Positions 1 through 13,330 of a DNA stretch of 64,000 nucleotides are shown here, piece by piece. This stretch comes from Haliotis rufescens (lineage: Eukaryota). Where the stretch lies: positions 20,274,001 through 20,338,000 of the forward strand of contig NW_025963813.1 in the NCBI RefSeq assembly GCF_023055435.1. The letters run 5' to 3'. The position numbers and the translations under genes are program-made. The notes beneath the pieces are model-generated. The model searched no databases. It had not been told where the DNA came from and saw only the letters and a program-made list of their open reading frames with translations. Positions within the stretch are counted from its first letter, which is position 1. Each line of letters begins with the position of its first letter.

Positions 1-2920
1 GTACCCGCCCTGCACACCACTCACTACATCAAGGTGATTGCTGTACCAGCCCTACACACCACTCACAACACCAAGATGATTGCAGTACCCGCCCTACACA
101 CCACTCAGTGCATCAAGGTAATTGCTGTACCCTCCCTACACACCACTGACTAAATCAAGGTGATTAATGTACCCTCCCTACACACCACTCACAACATCAA
201 GGTGATTGCTGTACACGCCCTTCACAGCACTCACAACACCAAGGTGATGGCTGTACACGCGCTACACACCACTCACTACATCTAGGTGATTGCAGTACCC
301 TCCCTACACACCACTCACAACATCTAGGTGATTGCTGTACCCTCCCTACACACCACTCACAACATCTAGGTGATTGCAGTACCCTCCCTACACACCACTC
401 ACTACATCAAGGTGATTGCTGTACCCTCCCTACACACCACTCACTACATCTAGGTGATTGCAGTACCCTCCCTACACACCACTCACAACATCTAGGTGAT
501 TGCTGTACCCTCCCTACACACCACTCACTACATCTAGGTGATTGCTGTACCCTCCCTACACACCACTCACTACATCTAGGTGATTGCTGTACCCGCCCTA
601 CACACCACTCACAACACCAAGGTGATTGCTGTACCCTCCCTACACACCACTCACAACACCAAGGTGATTGATGTACCCTCCCTACACACCACTCACAACA
701 CCAAGGTGATAGCTGTACCCTCCCTACACATCACTCACTACATCAAGATGATTGCTGTCCCAGCCCTGCACACCACTCACAACATCAAGGTGATTGCTGT
801 ACCCTCCCTACACACCACTCACTACATCAAGGTGATTGCAGTACCCGCCCTACACACCACTCATTACATCAAGGTGATTGTTGCACACGCCCTACACACC
901 ACTCACTACATCAAGGTGATTGCAGTGCCCGCCCTACACACCACTCACTACATCAAGGTGATTGCTGGACGCGCCCTACACACCACTCATAACATCAAGG
1001 TGATTGCTGTAACATCCCCACACCACTCACTACATCAAGGTGATTGCTAGACCCGCCCTACACACCACTCACAACAACAAGGTGATTGCTGTAACATCCC
1101 TACACACCACTCACTACATCAAGGTGATTGTTGTACCAGCCCTACACACCACTCACAACATCAAGGTGATTCTTGTACCCGCCCTACACACCACTCACTA
1201 CACCAAGGTGATTGCACTACCCGCCCTACACACTACTCACTACATCAAGGTGAATGCTGTACCCGCCCTACACACCACTCACTACACCAAGGTGATTCCT
1301 GTACCCGCCGAACACACCACTCACTACATCTAGGTGATTGCTGTACACGCCCTACACACCACTCATTACATCAAGGTGATTGCTGTACCCGCCCTACACA
1401 CCACTCACAACATCAAGGTGATTGCACTACCCGCCCTACACACCACTCAGTGCATCAAGGTAATTGCTGTACCCTCCCTACACACCACTCACTCCATCAA
1501 GGTGATTGCTGTACCCGCCCTACACACCACTCACTACAACAAGGTAATTGCTGTACCCTCCCTACACACCACTCACTGCATCAAAAGAATGGTGGACCCG
1601 CCCTTCACACCACTCTCTACATCAAGGTGATTGCTGTACCCGCCCTACACACCACTCACTACAACAAGGTAATTGCTGTACCCTCCCTACACACCACTCA
1701 CTGCATCAAGGTGATTGCTGTACACGCGCTACACACCACTCACTTCATCAAGGTGATTGCTGTACCCGCCCTGCACACAACTCACTACATCAAGATGATT
1801 GCACTACCCGCCCTACACACTACTCAGTGCATCAAGGTAATTGCTGTACCCTCCCTACACACCACTCACTCCATCAAGGTGATTAATGTACCCTCCCTAC
1901 ACACCACTCACAACATCAAGGTGATTGCTGTACACGCCCTTCACACCACTCACAACACCAAGGTGATTGCTGTACCAGCGCTACACACCACTCACTACAT
2001 CTAGGTGATTGCACTACCCTCCCTACACACCACTCACAACATCTAGGTGATTGCTGTACCCTCCCTACACACCACTCACAACATCTAGGTGATTGCAGTA
2101 CCCTCCCTACACACCACTCACTACATCAAGGTGATTGCTGTACCCTCCCTACACACCACTCACTACATCTAGGTGATTGCAGTACCCTCCCTACACACCA
2201 CTCACAACATCTAGGTTGATTGCTGTACCCTCCCTACACACGACTCACTACATCTAGGTGATTGCTGTACCCGCCCTACACACCACTCACAACACCAAGG
2301 TGATTGCTGTACCCTCCCTACACACCACTCACTACATCAAGGTGATTGCTGTCCCAGCCTTGCACACCACTCACAACATCAAGATGATTGCTGTACCCTC
2401 CCTACACACCACTCACTACATCAAGGTGATTGCAGTACCCTCCCTACACACCACTCACTACATCAAGGTGATTGCTGTACCCTCCCTACACACCACTCAA
2501 TACATCAAGGTGATTGCAGTACCCTCCCTACACACCACTCACTACATCAAGGTGATTGCAGTACCCTCCCTATACACCACTCACTACATCAAGGTGATTG
2601 CTGTACCCTCCCTACACACCACTCACTACATCAAGGTAATTGCTGGACGCGCCCTACACACCACTCATAACATCACGGTGATTGCTGTAACATCCCCACA
2701 CACCACTCACTACATCAAGGTGATTGCTGGACCCGCCCTACACACCACTCACAACAACAAGGTGATTGCTGTAACATCCCTACACACCACTCACTACATG
2801 AAGGTGATTGTTGTACCAGCCCTACACACCACTCACAACATCAAGGTGATTGCTTTACCCGCCCTACACACCACTCACTGCATCAAGGTGATTGCTGTAC
2901 CCGCCCTACATACCACTCAG
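1..2920. repeat. 42-bp minisatellite array (~70 units, runs off the left edge)
   Basis: Unit AAGGTGATTGCTGTACCCTCCCTACACACCACTCACTACATC in tandem with point variants; translates to the 14-aa period KVIAVPSLHTTHYI, broken by TAG variants and indels. Confidence 0.97.
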
Positions 2921-2935
2921 TACTCGTCGTATAAA

Positions 2936-3800
2936 GTAATAACATACATAGTTATAGTCTCTTACCAGGGAAATAACTCTCATCTACCCAATACACACTA
3001 TAGTTGACAACTTGCGGCGACAGGGGATAACTTACACAAATGGTGTGTCATTAATTATATTCATGCAGACATGTTGCTCTTCTTGAGTTGGAATCCCTGT
3101 CTAGATTCCATAAAAGAGTAATATACTATACTTCTATATACTGCCTGAAGCTGACATACCACAAGTCAACGCTGGCTTAGTGAAGGTAAACCAAACAAAA
3201 TCCGAAAATGCCCAAGCAAGTCCACAATATTTTTGCAAGTCTAGATTCCTTCAGTTCTGCAAAATGATAACATTCTCTTGGCTCCTTTTCGTAAACTAGT
3301 GAAATGTTGGTCCAATGAAATACCGCCCGTGTCTGTATGATGCAGACATCCTTCACTGTGTCAGACAGGAGATTGTAGGAGCGCTTCACAATACCCGTCT
3401 TTCTCAGTGCAGTTGTTCAACGTGAGTCAAAACATCTACTGACCTGTCACCAATTACAGCGAGTGGCTCTGATGGTTTATCAACGAATGGACACTTAAAC
3501 TGAACTCCCCGCAAACGTCACTGTATAGGGCGTCCTGCACCCACGTTCTTTGTGTTTTCATTATCTCTCCACCAGTGTTGCTGAACTAAACCACATTAGA
3601 AGTTCCGTGTTTCTACATGAGCGTACTTATGTACATCACAGTTTATTTTCAAGTCGTGTCCAGGCGATGACACCAGCATTGTTTGTGTTGACAAGGAAGG
3701 CATATCGAAGTTCTTGTGAATTGCATTTTTACATAATTTTGAGTACATGATAATACTTTTCAAAAGACCCATAAAAGCGGATACTATCAATGTTATCAGC
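2936..3800 (+). repeat. Local duplication, copy A (paralog of the CES-A 3' flank)
   Basis: 2936-3186 aligns with ~12250-12516 (e.g. ctctcatctacccaatacacactatagt...gacataccacaagtcaacgctgg), 3191-3540 with ~12975-13330, and 3670-3800 with ~15454-15575. Confidence 0.9.
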
Positions 3801-4644
3801 GGAAGTTGATTATTTGTTTCAAACACTGGGACAAATTTGGGACAACACCAACCAATTCAAACAGCGTAATGGTATCTTTCACATGACAATAGACCTTACT
3901 GAACGTCTGCGTGCTGATACCTGTGTGAGATCGAAATGGCCGCACATTTCTTCCTGTTGGGTTATATTTCAATATGACCAGAAACTTTTTGAATATATTG
4001 AATACTGTCTGCCCGTTATTATCAAACGATTTGCACTTGTGGGAGGAGAACTGATAGAACCCCAAAAGAAAGTTAATGTATTACAAAGTGAAAGTAAACA
4101 AAAACGCATTTTTAATTACATAAACTAATGCTAATACTACTAACACTAAATTAATACTAAACTAATACTTATGCAACTATTACACTACAACTAAAATACT
4201 ACACTTTTAATACTACTATTAAATCTCCACTGCTAATACTAAGACTAACCACTATTACTATCCACTAAACTACACACTAACCTCTACTCCAATACTACTG
4301 ATTATATATATATTACATATCTACACATACAAATTCCAGTACAATACAGGATACAGTTCAGGTATCACACATTAATCTGTCCACATAGACACATACAAAG
4401 TATTTTGCGTGAAAACAAAATGTAAGGGGGTCCATAATAGCGACATTAGCAGGTTCAGGACAATATGTACTCATTCACCTGTCTTTTCTGCCCAGCCATG
4501 GTTAACACAATTGTCCTCCGTGACAAAAGAGTTCACTGACGTAGGTGGTTAACGTCTATTACAGTTCATGTTGAGGAGATATAGTATTCCCCACAACACT
4601 TTTATACTCCACGTCGATTGGAGTTTCGCATTTGTCTCCCCCCA

Positions 4645-4680
<36 letters not shown>

Positions 4681-4683
<3 letters not shown>

Positions 4684-6147
4684 TGAACCGCAAAAGAAAG
4701 AAACGTCACCCAAAGTAACATTGCATGAAAAGTTAACATTTAAATACCTGGGTAATTTTTGTCAAAGTTTCTAAAATGTAACATTACCTTGTCCGGAAAA
4801 CTGAAATTTGATGATAAAAAACAAAGCAGATGACAATAAAACCGATCGCCCAAACGCTACACGGCAACGGCCATGATAACCGTGCAAAATGAAATGCACA
4901 TGCGTTCCCCCATTTCTTTCCCTATAAAAATCCAAACAGGTCGGATAACATTCATTCGTTATTGAATTGCTACCACATGCCAAGACTGACAAGAAATCAG
5001 CGACACCAAGCCCTTGGACGATTGCAAGCTGAAGAAACCGCCTGGCAAGTAGCCAATGCATTTCAAGTCCACGTGAGGACCATATACAGGCGCCTGATGA
5101 CCGACCACGTAATGGAAGACCAAGGGTCACCACCCGACGTCAGAATCGTCAGATTGTGCGACAGCATCTTCAAGATCGCTTTGTTATTGCTGCGGAAACT
5201 GCTCGACAGACCATGGGGACACACCATCGACACATTTGTGCGGACACCGTACGTCGACGATTGACGAGCAGACACCTCTACTGTCACAGGCCACACCGAG
5301 GACCCATTCCGACACCACGTCATCGCCGGGACCGTCTCCAGTGGGCTACACAGCACCAGCATTGGCGCCACCAGCAGTGGTGAAGAATCCTCTTCTCAGA
5401 CGAGAGCCGTTACTGTATCTCAACATCATATGGCAGAGAGAGCGTCTGGCGACGCCGTGGGGAACGTTATTTGGATGCTTGTGTTGTTGGGAGAGACTCG
5501 TGGGGTGGTCCGAGCATCACGGTGTAGGGTGGAATTGGTCTTGCACAGAGGGTCGGCCCTGTGGTCTTGAAGAACATCGGTCCAGGGAGAGACAATGGTG
5601 TCACAGCAGCTCGGTACATTGATCAAGTCTTGAGACCACACGCCATACCTCATTTGGCACATCGCCGCAACCACGAGTTTCAGCATGATGACGCCCATGC
5701 CCACACTGCGAGAGCAGCAAGAGACTTCCTCCAGTAGAATGGCATCAGAACCATGCAGTGGCCTGTCCTTAGTCCCGATTTAAATCCCACTGAGCACCTG
5801 TGGGACGAGATTCAAAGACGGCTGAATGACGTCCGACCAAGGCCGACAACTGCAGCTGAACTGCGTCAGGCGTTCCTCAGAGTGTGGACTCAAGTGCCTA
5901 TGGCCTGCATCAACCGCCTCATCCATTCCATGTATCGACGTTGTACGGCAGTCATCAATGCACATGGCGGACACACGAGATACTGACTTGTGATGTCATT
6001 TTCTCAGAGACACTTTAATTTCAACCTTGATGATCCGTTTTGCCAAGTTTCATCTTTTTAATATGTCTCAAACTATGTTTACAGTGTTTGGACAAATAAG
6101 GTTTCTCATATATCTATCCATGGTGACGTTTCTTTTGCGGTTCAGTA
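4681..6147 (+). mobile_element. Tc1-family DNA transposon #1, defective, inserted in a (TA)n microsatellite
   Basis: TIRs tactgaaccgcaaaagaaa(gaaa)cgtcacc / ggtgacgtttcttttgcggttcagta with TA on both sides. Transposase remnant runs from ATG 4977 (MPRLTRNQRHQALGRL) through LFSDES, FQHDDAHAH and SPDLNPTEHLWDE to GGHTRY* at 5986, with stops and frameshifts. Confidence 0.95.
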
Positions 6148-7200
6148 TACTATGTATATGTATATTATATATACAATACATTAATAGTAGTTTGTTTGTT
6201 TGTTGGTAAACGGTGCACCCAGCAATATCACAGCTATATGAAGGCGGTCTGTAAATAATCGAGTCTGGACTAGATAATATAAGTATTGTAATAGTACCAG
6301 TTGTGCTTTAGACGACGCATTAGGAATCCAGAAGGTATCCAAATGTATGGAAGTATTAGTGCCACGGTCTTATATTTTTATCATCTACGTATATAATATT
6401 TTCATCTACGTAGATGATAGTTAAATCTACGTAGATGCACTGTCTCCGTGTGTGATATTATAACCGTGCGTCTCGTTACTCAGACAGATATTGCCTTGTG
6501 AAGTTGCGACATTAGGTGGATACTAGTTTATACAAGCATTTATATTTTAAATAAATATGATTACTTAACTACTTTTAATTTAATTCAGTGTTTTGGCAAT
6601 GTTGGTTGTTTATTTTCATTTGGCCTTTTTTGCATTTGACAACACACTGAGATCATTTCAAATTTTCAAACTATCACCGCTAAAATATAACCACAAACTG
6701 AGAATTGTAAGTTCAGTGTTTCATAGGTTGGACGAGTGTTGGTTTGATGATTTTTTTTATAGTTTTATACTCTTTTTATAGAGTGATTCTCACCTTTTCA
6801 TATTCACATTTTTATGGAAGCTTATTAGAAGTATCATCTTGAAACTATAACCTACGAAGATGATACTACTCACGACTCACTTCTACATAGAAGATACTTT
6901 CATACTTTCATCTACGTACATACTATAATAATCTACGTTGAAAAAAGTATAATATACTTTCCAATGAGGTAACACTATTTTCTCAACACTGGTTCCGGGT
7001 CAGTGATGTATAACCGCTGGTTTAATTAATAATGACCGATGTGTTTGACGTTCTACCTTGTCATGACTTCATTGAGGTACCACCTGAACACTGCACGAAG
7101 TAAATCGTCATTTTAATTTGTTACTGGAGAATGTCGATGGTCGATACCTATTTGTGGCTAAAACTTTGAATAATGACCTAAAGTTGTTCATTTGTCTGTA

Positions 7201-8773
7201 TACTGAACAACAAAAGTTCCTGTGACATTGAATAAGATTTAATGCAAAGTTATGTTTTTTACCAAACTGAAACAATTTCGGTTTGCAACAGATAAAAGAC
7301 TCCTGTTAGTGTTCAAATGGTTTAATTTGCCATACTGACTTCAGAAAATGCGTGATTTCATAAAACACATTAACATGCCTAAATGTCAATTTACAAATCA
7401 ATAGCGCGTGTGTCCACCTCTGGTTGCGATGCAAGCAACACATCTTCGTCTCATGGAATGGACCAGGCGTCGCACAAAGTCCTGTGGGATATCTGTCCAT
7501 ATCTGCTGGAGCATGTTTCGAAGTTCCTGGGGTGTCTGTGGAACACGTGGTTGACGTCGAAGGCGCCGATCCATCTCATCCCACATGTGCTCGATTGGTG
7601 AGAGATCAGAGGAGCGAGCCGGGCAGGGGATGACATTCACGTTGTTTCGTTGAAGAGAATCCTGAACACGTCGAGCAATATGAGTGAGTGAGTGAGTTAA
7701 AGCTCAACGTCACATCGGCAATATTTCAGCCATATCGTGACGATCGAGCAACATGAGGGCAAGCGTTCTCATGTTGAAAGGTAATGTCTGGGCCATGACG
7801 ACGCAAAAACAACAGGGCCGTTGATCTCGTCGCGGTAGCGCTGTCCATTGAGATTTCCCTCTACCACTATCACATGGGTTCTCTGTCTTGCTGTAATCCC
7901 ACCCCATACCATAACGCTGCCGACCCCGAATCGATCTTCATCCATGACACAATGATTGACGTAACGTTCACCTCGACGTCGGAACACTCGAATCCGTCCA
8001 TCGCTGTGGCTGAGGTGAAAACGAGACTCGTCAGTGAATAGAACTTGTCCCCACTGCATGACCTTTCAGCGTAGACGCTGTCTGCACCACTGCAGACGTG
8101 CTTGACGGTGGTTTCCTCTCAAAATGGGACGTCTGACGAGTCTTCTGGCGACAATCCCTGCACATCTGAGGCGACGACGTACGGTTTGTGAAGATATTCG
8201 TCGAAGGCAAGGGATGCTTCTTGCAGTCACTGTTGCTGGCTGGAATCGATTTCGTAGGTGTGTTGCTCGAATCCAGTTGTCCTGTCGACTATTGATTATG
8301 TGTGGCCTGCCACTCCGAGGATGGTCTCTGACTGCATTCGTCTGTTGCCAACGTTGCCATAAACACCAAATGGTGTTTCTGTGGACGTTAAATTGTCTTG
8401 CAACATCACGTTGACTCGATCCTGCTTCGTCCCTGCCAATGCCTCGGAGACACTCATTTTCGGACAGGAGTGGCATTTCGTAATGTTGAATAATTGCGTC
8501 ATTTTGTTGTTTTTGTGAGTGGTTGTTGTCAGCTCGATGCTAAACAATGCACATGGAATCCCGTTAACCCACATGTTTTTATACCCATTCTTGGGTAGTG
8601 AAATGCATGGGGCTTGCATAAAAGTCAGCTTTTGCATGGAATGCATGCTTTTCTGTAGCAGTTGCTTTTTTGTGACTTGATTCCATACGTGTCTACAATA
8701 TTGAAAACCAAACTTTACTTGTTTGAAAAATACACTAAAATATTGGTGTCACAGGAACTTTTGTTGTTGAGTA
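7201..8773 (-). mobile_element. Tc1-family DNA transposon #2, defective
   Basis: 27-bp TIRs tactgaacaacaaaagttcctgtgaca / tgtcacaggaacttttgttgttgagta (1 mismatch) with TA TSD. Minus-strand transposase 8476-7398: MPLLSENE...SGRP, VLFTDESRF, QHENACPH, SSDLSPIEHMWDE, GGHTRY*. Confidence 0.95.
7685..7743 (-). mobile_element. Extremely 5'-truncated retroposon (SINE/LINE 3' tail) inserted in the Tc1 #2 transposase
   Basis: (GAGT)n tail plus ~45 nt similar to the 3' tails of the SINEs at 22832 and 45553; flanked by TSD tcgagcaa[t/c]atgag at 7671-7684 and 7744-7757. Confidence 0.85.
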
Positions 8774-9704
8774 TAGTTTAGAATATAGTATAGAACATTT
8801 TGTGCTCCACTCTCTTTAATACGGTTGTGACGAACTCAAAGGGACCACTAATTTTTGTTCGTAATAACCGTAGTTCGTTATAAGGTGAGAGGGGTATCTA
8901 TGTAGATGATACTTTCACCTACGTAGATGGTACTTTCTGTGGCATTAATAGGCTTCCAAATCAAAGGATACCGCACTGGGACTTAGTGCCAAAACGTCAA
9001 CAAAACTTATTCCACTAGTGGCAACACTTAAAATTACTCCCCCGTTGCGTTTATTGAAGCCAGTACAATGACATACAATATAAATAATTTGTGGAGTCAT
9101 TCTGAACAGAAATGATCACCTTTTTATGAAATTTGTTAAATCTACAAATATAGTTACTGGGGACTGAAAGGCATTTGAGCATACATACGTCCATGTTATC
9201 TCTCACTTAGGTCACTCGCACTTTATGTAACAGTGTTATAACGAAACATTCCTTGGGGTGTGAACCTTCCTACGTACGGACCTCGCTCTGTGAAGGTTAG
9301 CAGTGTAATGAGCTCACCCGTTGGAGTCAGTTTTTACATAAAGGCTGAATATGTTACGTCTATTATCTGAAATGAAAGAAGTATTGTTATTGCTATTTAA
9401 CATAATCTGGCCAAAGTATTGTAGACTTGCTTGGGCATTTTACGAAACGTTTGTTGCAGGTTCTGGATAAGAGACTTGTAGAAGTCTTATTGAAACGAGT
9501 GTTTCACAAGTGTATTTCACGAGCGGATCGTGCACACAATTAGTCCGACTACTATGCGAATACTCCTCCCCTAGATACATAGTCCGCTGAACTATGATTG
9601 AGCACATTCTGTTTTTAGAGAAAGATAAGAAACGTCACCGGTACTGATAGGTTATCAGCAGAGAGCGGTACCATTCAGGTGTGTGTCGTACAAGTATCTC
9701 GGGA

Positions 9705-11197
9705 ATGACACAGTGTATTCTATATCTTCTCCTCTTACTATGTTATGCAGAGGCTGCTCCTCTTATTTCAAGCCCCTGGGGTAAGATTCAAGGAGTCACC
9801 CAAACCTCACCGACCGGTAAGACGTACAACGCCTATTATGCCATACCATATGCTCTCCCTCCAACTGGAAAACTTCGGTTCCGACCGCCGAGTCCACATC
9901 CAGGTGTTACAGAAGTCTGGCAGGCCACACAGTATGGCCCGGTTTGTAGTCAGCAAGGTTTTGGCCTCGGCATTTTGACTATTCCTTCGAGCGAGGACTG
10001 TCTGACGTTAGGCGTCCATGTACCAACACCCGGAGGTTCTGGAAAGTCTGTTATGGTTTGGATCCATGGTGGATCGTTTAAGACAGGCGGTGCTCCACTG
10101 TATGAACCGTGGAAGCTGGTGACAGAGGAGGACGTCATCGTTGTGGTTGTCCAGTACAGACTGGGTGTGTTTGGATTCCTCTCCACAGGCAACGCTGAAG
10201 CTCCGGGTAACTTTGGGTTACTGGACCAGGTTCTGGCATTGGAATGGGTTCAGAAAAATATTGGATCATTTGGAGGAGATCCTGACAGTGTCACCATTGT
10301 CGGGGAATCTGCGGGGTCAGCTAGCGTGTCTCTCCATACCCTGTCTCCTGTGTCCAAGGGACTGTTCAAAAGAGCTATAATGCAGAGTGGAGCTGCCACA
10401 GCATATTGGGCGAATGACAAAAAATATAGAGAGAAGCTTGACCAAATTTCCTCAGCCGTGAATTGTTCTGGGATGGCGACAGACAAGCAGACCGTTGCCT
10501 GTCTAAGAGGCCTACCTGCTGGTGTTCTTCTCAAAGCGACGGATCCCATGGACTCGGGGCCTGTTGTTGATGGAAATTTCATGCGAGGAGATCCTGCTAC
10601 CTTGATCCAGAACGTAACGTACCTCACAGATCTTGGGTTTTATGACATGGACGCATTGGTTGGTGTCAATAACAACGAGGGCGGGCTACTGCTTGAGAAC
10701 GCTAGATCTTCTGATGCTCGTGATAACACGTCCACTGCTGAAACACTGAATTCCACATACGTCTATGACAAAACACTCATTCCCAACATCTTAAAGTCAA
10801 CTTATGGACAGTATGACGCCATTTTGGCTGCCGTCATATCATACGAGTACACGTCACCGCGAACAGAGAACCAGAAAACCCTCGATATCAATGATGTTCT
10901 CCACACTTACGGTGATGTCTCATTCGTCGCCCCTGCAGTCGCGTATGCCCGGCGACACTCCGACAACAGAAAACATGGCGGGAGGGGCAAAACCTATTTC
11001 TACTATTTCAATCATTACCCATCATTCTCTGCAGGAAGTGGCACACAGGGAATGTACCATGCATTCGACCTTCCATATATGTTTGGCCTCAGTTCAACAT
11101 CAGTATCCCTCTTCGGACTTTTCGGACCCATCACAAAGGATGAACAGACCCTGTCAAACACATTTGTAAACTTCCTGACGGCGTTTGCTAAAACCGG
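9705..11197 (+). CDS. Carboxylesterase type B (CES-A), coding exon 1
   Basis: ATG 9705 with signal peptide MTQCILYLLLLLCYAEA; motifs IPYAxPP, SEDCL, WIHGGSF (oxyanion hole), QYRLG, GESAG (catalytic Ser), NNNEG (Glu), GMYHAFD (His); ends FAKTG at phase-2 donor GG|GTAGGT. Confidence 0.95.
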
Positions 11198-11858
11198 GTA
11201 GGTACATGAAGAATTACACACAGTTATGCACTAGTTACACATTGATTGATCCTTTAATTATTTGTTCACATTTATTTCCTAAAATATATTTCAAACTGAT
11301 AATATACAAACTCTCTTCCCGTTTCACACGCAGTGACAATTTAGTAGCCAGTCAATACTGACAAGGGCTAAACATTTTACATCGATTTCTGAAATAGGGA
11401 GTCCAGCAAGATGTTTCGGAATGACTTTTTCGTGGAGTTAAGTGTTGACAGAAATGTGTCAGGAATACTGAACTCCTCTGTTTAGGAATCCCTAGAGTAT
11501 TTAAATATAGGACGGACATGGCGAACAAAATATTTGCGAAGCTTGAGGTTAATATTTCAGACAAAACCCACACAAGGCATGTAAGCCATGATGTGATTCT
11601 GCAGAAGGGACATCACTCACAGCTGTCATCAATAATATCTTATCACTGGTATTTTAGACATGTTTGTATTACCGGGTTCTTTCAGAAAATGTCAAGCTTT
11701 CTCAATATTCGGCAAAAGATAATGGTATCAATCGAAAATGTAATTCATTGACTCCGGTAATAAATTCGGCGATAAATAATCAACTTAACAAGAATCTTAC
11801 CAGTGATATATTATGACAGCGGATATATCCTGGTATACAGGGGGTGGTTTGGTTGTAG

Positions 11859-12087
11859 AAATCCCAGTTCAGCCGTGCAGCTTCCCCTGGGTGGTACATG
11901 GAAACAGTTTGACGTCCAGGATGAAGCCTACATCTCCTTCACCACCAACATGACCCTGGAGCATCACCTGCAGGCTAAACGTGTCTCCTTCTGGCTCCAT
12001 CTGATGCCGGAGCTCTTCCAGCTCGAGCGGGCTAAACTCACGGCTCCAGGCATCGGACACCAAGGCACAGACATGCTGGTGGGGTGA
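11859..12087 (+). CDS. CES-A coding exon 2 (soluble C-terminus; spliced protein ~573 aa)
   Basis: Acceptor tgtag|A restores G-NPSS...TWKQFD...YISF...RVSFWLHLMP...DMLVG*; no hydrophobic TM segment; ATTAAA at 12193. Confidence 0.9.
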
Positions 12088-12249
12088 CTGTAACCATTCA
12101 ATAATGAAACCGCTGAATGACTTCATGCCGTGTAGGTTTGTTAATGATCAATTTATATCCAAATCAGCATCTTGTAGTTCACGAGGAACTGTATTAAAAT
12201 TATAACGAAGGGCACGGTGTTTGGTCCATCTTGTGTGTGGTCATACATA

Positions 12250-13330
12250 GTAATAACATGCATAGTTAATACCTCTTAAAAGGTATGATTGTTAACACAA
12301 GGGACTTCTCTCATCTACCCAATACACACTATAGTCGACAACTTGTGACGACAGGGGATAACTTACACAAATGATGTCATTAATTATATTCATGCAGACA
12401 TGTTGCTCTTCGTGAGTTGGAATCCCTGTCTAGATTCCATAAAAGAGTAATATACTATACTTCTATATACTGCCTGAAGCTGACATACCACAAGTCAACG
12501 CTGGGTTAGTGGAGGTCTCTCATTTATAAATACATTCCGACGATATCCCCGCTGAGCATTAGACATGTTTCGGTTTCCTAAACTATCAGCAGAATTTACA
12601 TAATGTCTTTTTGGTATGTTATCCTTACCGTTGATTGCCAAGAACGTCCATGTTAATTGAACTACCCTATACTGAAAAAAAAAACAATAAAAAATCTCGA
12701 AAGTTTAAACGGCTTCAAACGAAGAGCAATGTCACCTTTCAGTTAGAATCAAATCGGAATTATGACGGTTATCCAGTCAAAGCGAATAAAACGAGGTCAG
12801 CCTTGACGCCACCTTTCTGACCTACCGATTGTGTATATCAACACCTGTCTTCACTCAGTGGGTAAGACAACAGCACAGACACATGCCCGCTCACAGTGAC
12901 AAAGAGGTTATGGATATGTAAACATTATCTAACTCTCTCTAAAACTCTGATCCAGTATTAGTTCATCAAATAAGCCAAACAAGATCCCAAAATCAGAAAT
13001 TCCGAAAATACCCAAGCAAGTCCACAATATTCGTGCAAGTCCAGATTTCATCAGTTCTGGAAAAGATGGGATTCTTTGGGCTCCTTTTAGTAAACTATTG
13101 AAATGTTAATCTTACGAAATACCGCCCGTGTCTGTATGATGCAGACATCCTTCACAGTGTCATACGGGAGATTGTAGGAGCGCTTCACAATACCCGTCTT
13201 TCTCAGTGCAGTTGTTCAACATGAGTTAAACCGTCTACTGGCCTGTCACTGAGCGAGTGGCTGTGATGTTAAACAACGTGTGTACACTTAAATTGACCCC
13301 CCTTAAATGTCAGTGTTTTGGGTGTCCTAG
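12250..13330 (+). repeat. Local duplication, copy B (CES-A 3' flank)
   Basis: Colinear with 2936-3540 but carries an extra ~460 bp (12517-12974); similarity resumes at ~15454-15575. Confidence 0.88.

Larger units (their letters stand above)
6346..8960. mobile_element. Degenerate non-autonomous TIR element with ATCTACGTAGAT palindromic sub-repeats, interrupted by Tc1 #2
   Basis: Left end tatggaagtattagtgccacgg versus reverse complement of the right end tttggaagcctattaatgccacag; repeated (t)catctacgtagatg motifs at 6380-6440, 6830-6940 and 8895-8935. Confidence 0.55.

Noticed and set aside
580-3007. His/Thr-rich repeat protein (HTTH, possible metal binding)
   Set aside because: By-product of the 42-bp array; frequent TAG variants and frameshifting indels show no coding constraint.
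11199-11201. Stops right after FAK[T/S]G (11201, 29785, 35190) as real C-termini
   Set aside because: They arise from phase-2 donors (GG|GTAG, GG|GTAA, GG|GTGA); in-frame second exons complete the fold.
9705-12087. Calling the esterases acetylcholinesterase (ace) or neuroligin
   Set aside because: The first Cys loop is short and lacks the choline-binding Trp, and the motif is [IV]GESAG rather than FGESAG. The catalytic Ser is present and there is no neuroligin-type long tail or PDZ end. No gene symbol assigned.
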